Assembly (NCBI GenBank): GCA_050998035.1
Contig: JBPCQO010000202.1
Span: 1 to 53,835 of the forward strand
DNA: 53,835 bases
DNA from: Gemmatimonadaceae bacterium
GTDB taxonomy: Bacteria; Gemmatimonadota; Gemmatimonadetes; Gemmatimonadales; Gemmatimonadaceae
Direction of reading: 5' to 3'
Shown: positions 45,213 to 53,835 of the stretch, in pieces
Position numbering within the stretch: the first letter of the stretch is position 1
Layout: every line of letters starts with the position of its first letter
Program-made: the position numbers and the translations under genes
The notes under the pieces: generated by a model
What the model saw: only the letters and a program-made list of their open reading frames with translations
Databases searched by the model: none
Told to the model about the DNA's origin: nothing

Positions 45213-46880
45213 CTAACGCATGCGTGATTCCGCGACACGAGCTAGCAAAGTCATTATCAGGACCAGAAGAATCAGCAGCGCACTGTACGCGGCCGCGGTC
45301 CCGAATGCGTACGCGCGCAGCTGAGCCAGGATTTCGATCGAGATGGGGCGGTTGCCGTGCGTGTACAGCACCACGCTTGCAACGAACTCGCCAACAGCCG
45401 TAACCGCGGCGAGTAGGGCGCCAGCAACTATGCCAGGTCTGGCCGCGGGGATGACTACCCGCCTCATGGCCAGCCACCACGAGGCGCCAAGGCCGCGCGC
45501 AGCGGGCTCGAGCGACGGGTCCATCTGTCTGAGTGAGCCCTCGATTGCAGACGCTACCAGCGGTATGTCGCGCACAAAGTACGCGAGCGGCAGGATCCAG
45601 AACGTGCCAACGAGGAGCACCTTGCCGGTGGATAGGTCGTTCCGATTGAACGTCGCCAGCAGGCCGAGCGCGACCGCCGTTCCTGGTATTGCCCACGGCA
45701 ATGCGACGAGGATCTCCAGCATCTTGCGACCAGCAAAGGTGCGCATGACAACGAGATACGCCGCCGCCGCGCAGAATACAACATTCGCCGCGGTGGCCAT
45801 TAGCGCCATCGTGATGCTGTTGGCGATCGGGGTCCACAGCTGATTCTCCGAGAAGAGCCCGCTATAGTTTTCGAGTGTGTACACGGGTGGCAGAACCTGC
45901 GTGGTCCAGGCGCCGTCCTTTGCGAAGGAGACGAGCAGCACCATCAGGTGCGGCAACACGAGTATCAGCACAATCACGGCGGCCAACGCCGCGAGTGAGA
46001 TTCGGGCGCCACGCGACTGCACCACGCGCCGCGTCGCTGCACCCTTGCTCGACGCGACGTATGCACGCTTCCCTTCCAGCCATCTGAACAGCAGCAGCCC
46101 GGCGATGGCGCTCAGCGCGAGCACGGACGTCTCAACGTACGCGAGGCCAATTGCGTCGTTCAGCTTGGAATTGAGGATCTGCGTGGATAACACGCGGGTG
46201 CCGCCGCCAAAGACGTACGGCGCCGAGAAGGAGCCGAGCGCGTTCATGAAGACCAGCAGCGCCGAGCCGGCTATGGCCGGTGTGAGGAGCGGAAGCGTTA
46301 TCACTCTGAGGCGGCGCAGTGGTGATGCGCCCAGCCCCACCGCCGCTTCGTCCAGGGTGGTGTCGTAGCGCTCCAGACCGGCCGAGACAAAGAGGTACAC
46401 GTACACGTACATGGTGTACGCGTGGATGAAGACAATCGCGCCGATCCCCGATAGATGCCATGGCACTTCCTTCAGCATCAATACCGATTGAACGACACGC
46501 GTGACGACGCCGGTATCGCCGTACAAAAAGAGAAACGAGATCACTCCCACCAACGGCGGTAGAGCCGCCGGCAGCGTGGCCGCCGCGCGCAGCAGGGTGC
46601 GCCCAGGAAAGTCGAACCGGGTGAGCAGAAAGGCGAGCGGCACCCCAATTCCAAGCGCGGCGACGACGGAGGCGACAGCGATGACGATGCTGTTCCGAAG
46701 TGATTCCACGTCGGACGGGGACTCCGCAAACTCGCGCCAGTGCCCGATACTCCCGGCGACAACCGAGCCATTGGGATAGACCACCGTCCACACGAGGATC
46801 GCCAGCAACGGAAGGGCGGCCAGTGTGGCGTACCATTGTGCCCGCGAACGGGGCACCGGAAGCGTGCGCGACGCCGTCAT
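45213..46880 (-). CDS. ABC transporter permease, fused two-domain (FbpB/ThiP-like)
   Basis: 555 aa with about 12 TM segments. Two EAA-like loops: LDEAAVGLGASPLRRL and LEPAARGLGASWWLAMRRV. Confidence 0.85.
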   Translation of the reverse strand: MTASRTLPVPRSRAQWYATLAALPLLAILVWTVVYPNGSVVAGSIGHWREFAESPSDVESLRNSIVIAVASVVAALGIGVPLAFLLTRFDFPGRTLLRAAATLPAALPPLVGVISFLFLYGDTGVVTRVVQSVLMLKEVPWHLSGIGAIVFIHAYTMYVYVYLFVSAGLERYDTTLDEAAVGLGASPLRRLRVITLPLLTPAIAGSALLVFMNALGSFSAPYVFGGGTRVLSTQILNSKLNDAIGLAYVETSVLALSAIAGLLLFRWLEGKRAYVASSKGAATRRVVQSRGARISLAALAAVIVLILVLPHLMVLLVSFAKDGAWTTQVLPPVYTLENYSGLFSENQLWTPIANSITMALMATAANVVFCAAAAYLVVMRTFAGRKMLEILVALPWAIPGTAVALGLLATFNRNDLSTGKVLLVGTFWILPLAYFVRDIPLVASAIEGSLRQMDPSLEPAARGLGASWWLAMRRVVIPAARPGIVAGALLAAVTAVGEFVASVVLYTHGNRPISIEILAQLRAYAFGTAAAYSALLILLVLIMTLLARVAESRMR

Positions 46881-46893
46881 GTTAGCGCTCCCG

Positions 46894-48054
<1,161 letters not shown>

Positions 48055-48072
48055 GTGCTGCTCACGTTTGGA

Positions 48073-49107
48073 TCATCCACGCTTTCGTATGTGGGCGTCC
48101 CAGTAACGCATCCACTCGTTCAGGTGCGCAGCCAGCAACGTGCGATCCACCGGCATTGGCCGGATCTGCGTGCGCGCTACCTGGATCCAGTTGGGAAGCG
48201 AGTCCGCCGCAATGTCGGTCCGCACCGGAATGCGCAGGAACTTGCGTGCAGAAGCTATCTCAGCCTGTTTGCTCGTCACGAACTCATAGTACAGCCGAGC
48301 CTCGCGCGGGTGGCTGGTGCCGTGCACGATGGCAATCGCGTCCACCAGCAGCGGCGTACCACTCTTGGGGATCACGTAGTCAATCGGAATCCCGACTCTG
48401 TCGCGCATCGTCGCCACGTCGGGCATGTCCCACAGCGTGATCAACCCTTCCCTGCTCTTGAGCTTCTGGTACAGGATGGTTGGGTTGAGCACATATTCCT
48501 TGGTGTTCGCGTCCAGCCGCTTGAGCCAGTCGTAGCCACTCTGCGGCGAGCCTGTAGTCGTCACGCTGCGCGCGATGATCGCGCCGAAGATCGCGCGCAT
48601 TGTCCCGGAAGCGATGGGGTCGCGGATGATGACCTTCCCGCGCCACTTCGGATTCAGCACATCGTTCCAATCCTGCGGAGCGCTGTCGCGCGGGATCACG
48701 GCTGTGTTGTACGCGATCACTTCTGGCGTGAGAAACGTTCCGTACCACAGATCTTGCGGATCGTGCGCGTCCGCGGGAACGGCACCGCTCCACGTGGGTC
48801 GATACGCGTCCAGCAGATGCTCCTTGGCCGCTCGCTCGAATGACTCCGCCGGTGCGCCGAACCAGACGTCAGCCTGCGGGTTCACACTCTCGCCACGCAC
48901 GCGGTCGAGCACCTCCTGCGATCCCATGTCCACCCACTGTACATCTATCCTGGGATACGCCTTCTCGAACTCCGCTTCGTAGTACTTGAGCAGGTCCGGA
49001 CCGTGCGGCGAATACACAGTGAGCACGGTCCGGTTGTCCCGAACGCACGACCCCAGTACCGCAAGCGCGAGCACGCGACACAGCACACTTGCGGCATGTT
49101 TAATCAT
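48073..49107 (-). CDS. ABC transporter periplasmic substrate-binding protein (Fe3+/thiamine/polyamine-type, family 1)
   Basis: MIKHAASVLCRVLALAVLGSC is a lipoprotein-like signal. LTVYSPHGPDLLKYYEAEFEKAYP and WFGAP fit the family. The ATG at 49107 overlaps the upstream stop by 1 nt (TGATG). Confidence 0.8.
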   Translation of the reverse strand: MIKHAASVLCRVLALAVLGSCVRDNRTVLTVYSPHGPDLLKYYEAEFEKAYPRIDVQWVDMGSQEVLDRVRGESVNPQADVWFGAPAESFERAAKEHLLDAYRPTWSGAVPADAHDPQDLWYGTFLTPEVIAYNTAVIPRDSAPQDWNDVLNPKWRGKVIIRDPIASGTMRAIFGAIIARSVTTTGSPQSGYDWLKRLDANTKEYVLNPTILYQKLKSREGLITLWDMPDVATMRDRVGIPIDYVIPKSGTPLLVDAIAIVHGTSHPREARLYYEFVTSKQAEIASARKFLRIPVRTDIAADSLPNWIQVARTQIRPMPVDRTLLAAHLNEWMRYWDAHIRKRG

Positions 49108-51308
49108 CAACGCAGCAGGTTTGCAAAGATACGCGCACCGCCAGGCACCGCCGCCGGCAACTGCCGAAACAGGGCCAGTGTCACATACGTGTAGTGGCCC
49201 TTGCCATACGGCGTGGTGAGAATGCCGGCGCGATTTGGCTGCTCGCCCGGATCGTTCATCGCCAGCACGGACTGATAGTGCGCATCGAACGTGCTCGGCA
49301 TATACGTCGCGCGCTCCTGCACCCACCCCACGAAGTCGCGCTCCGTTATGCGATTCGGGAGGTTGAGTATGGCGCCGGATGGATCAAGGATCGTTACGGG
49401 GGCGTTCTCCTCGGTGACGCGCGCGGCTGGGCGCGTCAACGTCACGGGATACGGCATGACCCCACGCTGCTGCATCTCGTTCTGACCATACTGCACCACC
49501 AGATTCCCACCCCGCCGCGTCCAATCCAGCAGGTACGCGTTGTTGTCGATCAACGTCTGGCTCGCCTGATATGCACGCGGACCGATCACGATGGTCGTGA
49601 ACCGCGAAAGATTTGCGATGGGCAGCTCGACGGGGTCGAGCATGGTTACTGGCACACCCAGGTCGCGCAGCGCATCGGCGACGTTGTCGCCCACCCCTTG
49701 GACATACCCGACGTTCACTCCCTGCGGCAGCTTCACGTCCAACGCACGAATGGCGACATCCGCCGCACGATATATCCGTTGCGGCGCGATGTGCTCGTAA
49801 TCGATCGGAACGAAGCCGCTAGTATCCGTGAGCGCGCCATCTCGCACGATCGCGCGCACGTGATGTACGCCTGGCGTGAGCGTCCCCACGGTTCTGAAGA
49901 TGACCGTACGCGTGGCACCGGGAGCCAACACAACAGTGCGTTGCGCGGAATCCACCCGAATCGAGGCAGGTGTCTCCAGCGCGACAGACACCGTATGCGC
50001 CGCGGGCCAGGACGAGCGTAGCGTGACCTCGAACGCGCGGTCCAGCGGCGTTCCGGCACGCGCCATCTCGATATCGCGGTTGAATGTCACAGAGACTCCG
50101 GGCGCCGTCGCCAACGGACGCTGCACTTCACCGCGAACGGGATCTGCATAGCGATATAGCGGCGGCGTGCGCACCACGATCGGTGCACGACCGGGGATTG
50201 GCACCTGGACCGGGAGCCACGAGTCCTTCATTCGTTCATCGTCGGAGATCGAATCAGATGCAAACGCAAACAGGTCCCCCACTCGTGGACGGGCGAGCCA
50301 GTACGGCTGGGTAATGCGCCTGCCTTGAACGTACACTGTGTGCGATGCTGCGCTGTCGAGCACGCCACGTCGGTACACGCTCACGCGAACGGCGACGCTG
50401 TCGTCCAGCGCAACGCGCGCACGCTCCGCAACAGCTTCGGTGGCGACCTGCGCTTCCGCCAACGCGATGCGATCACGGTCGGCCGCGGTAACAGTGCGTG
50501 TGGTGTCGATTCCATCGAACAGCGACCGTTCCGATTGAGCGGGCGTTGACGCATTGACGTGGCTCGCCTCGCGTCTCAGATAATCCATCGACACGCCCTT
50601 CCGCGGCGCGGTCCCGAACCCTTGCGATTTGTGCTGGCTCCGGCTCTCCGCCGCTATCTCGGCGTACGACTTCCCGAGAATTGGATCGTACTCTCCCACG
50701 TTGATGGCGAGAGTACCCGACTCCGGTGAGAAGCGCGCGCCGCGATAGAACTTGAGCGGCGTCCATGGCGCTCCGTAGATCCGCGCTGGAAAGCGCACTG
50801 TATCGCCAGCCAGATCGTACGCTTCGCGCGCTAAAATTCCGGCAACCTGATGCTGACCATGTCCATCGCGTGGAGTACCCGAGAACACGGACACGATCAC
50901 CTGCGGCCGGAACGCACGCACCACTTTTACAACATCACCCAACAGCGAATCGTGCGGCCAGTGCTCGAAGCTCTCGGCCGCCGTCTTAGAAAACCCAAAG
51001 TCGTATGCGCGCGTGAAGTACTGATGTGCACCGTCTATTTTCCGCGCCGCGAGCAGTTCTTCCGTGCGTATAACGCCGAGTGCTTCACCCAACTCGTTTC
51101 CGATGAGGTTCTGTCCGCCATCGCCACGCGTGAGAGATAGATAGGCAGTCTCAGCACGATGACCGCGAGCGAGCCATGCGATGAGCTGCGTGTCCTCGTC
51201 GTCCGGATGCGCACCGATCACCAGAACGCGGTTGTTCACGCCAGCGGCTGCTCTCGCCTCCGCCAACGCGACGATGCCGCGCTCCTGGGCTCCTATGAAA
51301 CGCGGCAC
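49107..51308 (-). CDS. PIG-L/LmbE-family deacetylase with large C-terminal domain; N-terminus probably extends upstream to about 51362-51377
   Basis: VLVIGAHPDDEDTQLIAWLARG...SLTRGDGGQN fits the family. The coordinates use the first canonical start (GTG 51308). The in-frame upstream stretch encodes a signal-peptide-like IARRRITRAAIGAGIIAAAAGVS (see findings). Confidence 0.8.
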   Translation of the reverse strand: MPRFIGAQERGIVALAEARAAAGVNNRVLVIGAHPDDEDTQLIAWLARGHRAETAYLSLTRGDGGQNLIGNELGEALGVIRTEELLAARKIDGAHQYFTRAYDFGFSKTAAESFEHWPHDSLLGDVVKVVRAFRPQVIVSVFSGTPRDGHGQHQVAGILAREAYDLAGDTVRFPARIYGAPWTPLKFYRGARFSPESGTLAINVGEYDPILGKSYAEIAAESRSQHKSQGFGTAPRKGVSMDYLRREASHVNASTPAQSERSLFDGIDTTRTVTAADRDRIALAEAQVATEAVAERARVALDDSVAVRVSVYRRGVLDSAASHTVYVQGRRITQPYWLARPRVGDLFAFASDSISDDERMKDSWLPVQVPIPGRAPIVVRTPPLYRYADPVRGEVQRPLATAPGVSVTFNRDIEMARAGTPLDRAFEVTLRSSWPAAHTVSVALETPASIRVDSAQRTVVLAPGATRTVIFRTVGTLTPGVHHVRAIVRDGALTDTSGFVPIDYEHIAPQRIYRAADVAIRALDVKLPQGVNVGYVQGVGDNVADALRDLGVPVTMLDPVELPIANLSRFTTIVIGPRAYQASQTLIDNNAYLLDWTRRGGNLVVQYGQNEMQQRGVMPYPVTLTRPAARVTEENAPVTILDPSGAILNLPNRITERDFVGWVQERATYMPSTFDAHYQSVLAMNDPGEQPNRAGILTTPYGKGHYTYVTLALFRQLPAAVPGGARIFANLLR

Positions 51309-51373
51309 CGAGACACCCGCCGCTGCGGCTATGATACCGGCGCCGATTGCAGCGCGCGTAATGCGTCTCCGTG

Positions 51374-53835
51374 CTATCGTGTGGCCGCCCGCGCCCGCCC
51401 GCCCTGTGCAGGCTGCGGCAATGCAAACACCTCACTCACGATCCGTTCCTGTTCAACCTTGTGCGCTTCGGCGTAACCTTCGGCCGTGCTCGCGCGCTCT
51501 GGCCGGCCGATGTAGCGAATCGCTATCGCGTTGCCAGTCGAGACGCGCAGCCGCGGCCACACGTACGTCCAGGCACCCATGTTCTTTGGCTCTTCCTGGG
51601 CCCATACCACTTCTTCGATGGCGGGGTACGAGTCCACAATGCGCGCCACCTGATCGTGCGGCCAGGGATACAGCTCCTCAACCCGCACGAGTGCGACTTC
51701 GGGAACAGCATCGCGGCTCTTATCAAGCAGATCATAGTAGATCTTCCCGGTGCAGAACACCACGCGCTTCACGCGCTCACGCTGCGGAGCGGCGCTGGCA
51801 TCATCCAGCACTGGCTGGAAGGTGGACGACGTGAGATCGGACAGGCGAGAGGCGGCCTCGGGGAGACGCAGCAGGCTCTTGGGCTGCATCAGAATTAAAG
51901 GGCGACGCTCTGGCGACATTGCCTGACGCCGAAGGACGTGGAAGTACTGAGCCGGCGTGGTTGGGTACGCCACACGCATGTTGCCCTCAGCACAGAGCTG
52001 TAGATATCGCTCCAGCCGCGCGCTCGAATGCTCCGGACCGCCCCCTTCGTAGCCGTGCGGCAGCAACATCGCTAGCGAGCACTCCTGCCCCCACTTCAAC
52101 CGCCCCGATGAGATGAACTGATCCATGATCGGCTGCGCGACGTTGGCGAAGTCGCCGTACTGCGCTTCCCACAGAACGAGCGTGTCCGTCGCGATCACGC
52201 TGAAGCCGTATTCAAAGCCCAGTACCGCGGTCTCCGACAGCGGCGAGTTGAACACGTTGAACGTACCGGTCGCGCCCGCAACGTGTTGCAGCGGAACGAA
52301 GATGTCACCGGTCTCGGAATCGTGCAGCACAGCCTGCCGATGCGAGAACGTTCCGCGCTCCGCGTCCTGTCCGGTCATGCGCACCGATTTGCCCTCCTTC
52401 AGCAGCGAGCCCAGCGCGAGCGCCTCTGCATGTCCCCAGTCGATACCCCCCTTGTCACCCATGGCATCACGCCGCCGGGCCAGAGTACGTGCGACGCGAC
52501 TGTTCGCCTTGAATCCGGCGGGCCAGGCAAGCATCCCCTCGTTGATCTCGCTGAGAACGTCTGCAGCCACGCCGATGTTAACGGACGCGGTTGCAATATC
52601 AGCTGGGACCGCGGCTCCGTCAGTCGTATCCGGCCGCGCGCTCTGCTGGATCTGCTCCAACTTGCCCATGATTTCGCGCTCGACGCCCTGCACTTCATCT
52701 GAGGTCGAAACGCCCGCCACGATCAGCCGGTCGCCCCATACCTCGCGCGGTGTCTTGTGCGCGCGGATCTTGTGATACAGAAGCGGCTGCGTGAACGCAG
52801 GCTCATCCGTCTCGTTGTGACCATGGCGACGGTAGCTCACCAGATCGATCAGCGCATCCTTGCCGAACGTTGCGCGGTATGCAGCGGCGAAGCGCACCGC
52901 CTGCACGCACGCCTGCGCATCATCGCCGTTCACGTGCACGATCGGAATGTCGAATCCCTTTGCCGGGTCGCTGGCGTAGCGCGTCGAGCGCCCGTCCCGC
53001 GGATCGGTGGTGAAGCCAACCTGATTGTTCACGATGATGTGCACCGTTCCGCCCGTCCCGAAACCAGGGAGCAAGGCCAGGTTGAGCGTCTCGGATACAA
53101 TGCCCTCGCCCGGGAAGGCTGCGTCGCCGTGCACACACACCGGAATCACCGCACTCGCGTCACTGCCTCCGTTGCCGTCGCGCTGCTTGGCTCGGGCGAC
53201 GCCCTCCAACACTGGGTTCACGAACTCCAGATGACTCGGATTGGGGACCAGCGTGAGCGCGATCGGGCGGCCGCCAATGTCGCGCGTACCGTCGTAACCC
53301 AGGTGGTACTTGACGTCGCCACTACTGTCTACCGCGCTCCCCTCGGAGTGCCGTCCCTCGAATTCATCGAAGATCTTGGAGTAGGGCATACCGAGTATGT
53401 GCGCCAGCACGTTGATGCGCCCGCGGTGCGCCATGGCGAGCGCGACATCGCGCGCTCCGCTCAATGCGGCAAGTGCGATCAGCTCGTCCAGCATTACTAC
53501 CAGCGCATCGCTCCCCTCTATGGAAAAGCGCTTGTATCCCTGGTACGCACGGCCGAGGAAGCGTTCCAGCGCATCGACTTCGGTGAGACGGCGCAGAATG
53601 TTCTTCTGCTCGTCCACCGTGAGCGGCTGCTGATAGCTTCCGCTCTCCACCGCCTCACGCAGCCACTGTCGCTCGGCCGCCGACCCGAGATGCTCGAACT
53701 CGAACCCTAGCGTGGAGCAGTACAGGGCACGCAGGCGCCTGATCGCATCGGCCGCCGTCGCATCAGGTAGCCCGAGTGCGAAGCCGGGGAGCGAGGCGAG
53801 TTCTGCCTCGCTCACATGATGGAACTCTGGGCTCA
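51374..53835 (-). CDS. sucA: 2-oxoglutarate dehydrogenase E1 component (N-terminus beyond the window end)
   Basis: MAHRGRINVL, HGDAAFPGEGIV, RRHGHNETDEP and LPHGYEGGGPEHSS fit SucA. The frame remains open upstream of the track start (..SPEFHHVSEAEL) to position 53835. Confidence 0.9.
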   Translation of the reverse strand, partial: SPEFHHVSEAELASLPGFALGLPDATAADAIRRLRALYCSTLGFEFEHLGSAAERQWLREAVESGSYQQPLTVDEQKNILRRLTEVDALERFLGRAYQGYKRFSIEGSDALVVMLDELIALAALSGARDVALAMAHRGRINVLAHILGMPYSKIFDEFEGRHSEGSAVDSSGDVKYHLGYDGTRDIGGRPIALTLVPNPSHLEFVNPVLEGVARAKQRDGNGGSDASAVIPVCVHGDAAFPGEGIVSETLNLALLPGFGTGGTVHIIVNNQVGFTTDPRDGRSTRYASDPAKGFDIPIVHVNGDDAQACVQAVRFAAAYRATFGKDALIDLVSYRRHGHNETDEPAFTQPLLYHKIRAHKTPREVWGDRLIVAGVSTSDEVQGVEREIMGKLEQIQQSARPDTTDGAAVPADIATASVNIGVAADVLSEINEGMLAWPAGFKANSRVARTLARRRDAMGDKGGIDWGHAEALALGSLLKEGKSVRMTGQDAERGTFSHRQAVLHDSETGDIFVPLQHVAGATGTFNVFNSPLSETAVLGFEYGFSVIATDTLVLWEAQYGDFANVAQPIMDQFISSGRLKWGQECSLAMLLPHGYEGGGPEHSSARLERYLQLCAEGNMRVAYPTTPAQYFHVLRRQAMSPERRPLILMQPKSLLRLPEAASRLSDLTSSTFQPVLDDASAAPQRERVKRVVFCTGKIYYDLLDKSRDAVPEVALVRVEELYPWPHDQVARIVDSYPAIEEVVWAQEEPKNMGAWTYVWPRLRVSTGNAIAIRYIGRPERASTAEGYAEAHKVEQERIVSEVFALPQPAQGGRARAATR

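Overview
This window is high-G+C chromosomal DNA, densely coding on both strands, with many 1-4 nt stop/start overlaps. All family calls come from my own reading of the supplied translations and from manual translation. No searches were run. The gene content points to a diderm bacterium: Omp85/TamA plus TamB, a SusC-like TonB receptor, a DUF1800/DUF1501 pair and a large PIG-L protein. It looks Gemmatimonadota-like, but that is a low-confidence inference.

Contents in order:
- a partial TonB-dependent receptor, then DUF1800 and DUF1501
- PBP1A back-to-back with a polysaccharide-deacetylase lipoprotein
- a TPR-like protein
- rho, with a long low-complexity N-terminus
- tamA-like and tamB
- panB, then a ThrC-like PLP enzyme, a CysO-like GG sulfur carrier and a MoeZ-like E1-rhodanese
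- DUF4337, an M20 dipeptidase and a DUF255 thioredoxin-domain protein
- a long acyl-CoA dehydrogenase and AroH chorismate mutase
- a VirJ/AcvB-like hydrolase
- nadB-nadA-nadC-DUF488
- a 916-aa secreted multidomain protein
- pterin-4a-carbinolamine dehydratase
- a GT39/ArnT-like membrane protein
- an ECF sigma, an anti-sigma and an extremely Met-rich secreted protein
- a phasin-like/H1-like-tail protein and an M20 deacylase
- a small ORF, RNase HI and a zinc-ribbon repeat protein
- NDH-2
- sucA (partial), PIG-L and a three-gene ABC importer

I found no rRNA, tRNA, CRISPR array, transposase, integrase or recognisable defence genes. Most of the window is housekeeping.

The observations most worth a second look are:
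1. The ECF sigma/anti-sigma/Met-rich protein module.
2. Two membrane or secreted proteins whose N-terminal targeting segments lie upstream of any canonical start codon and overlap the upstream stop codon (CTGA and ATAG).
3. The ThrC-like/CysO-like/MoeZ-like sulfur-carrier cluster.
4. The atypical Rho N-terminus.
5. Several phased or repeated motifs in intergenic regions.
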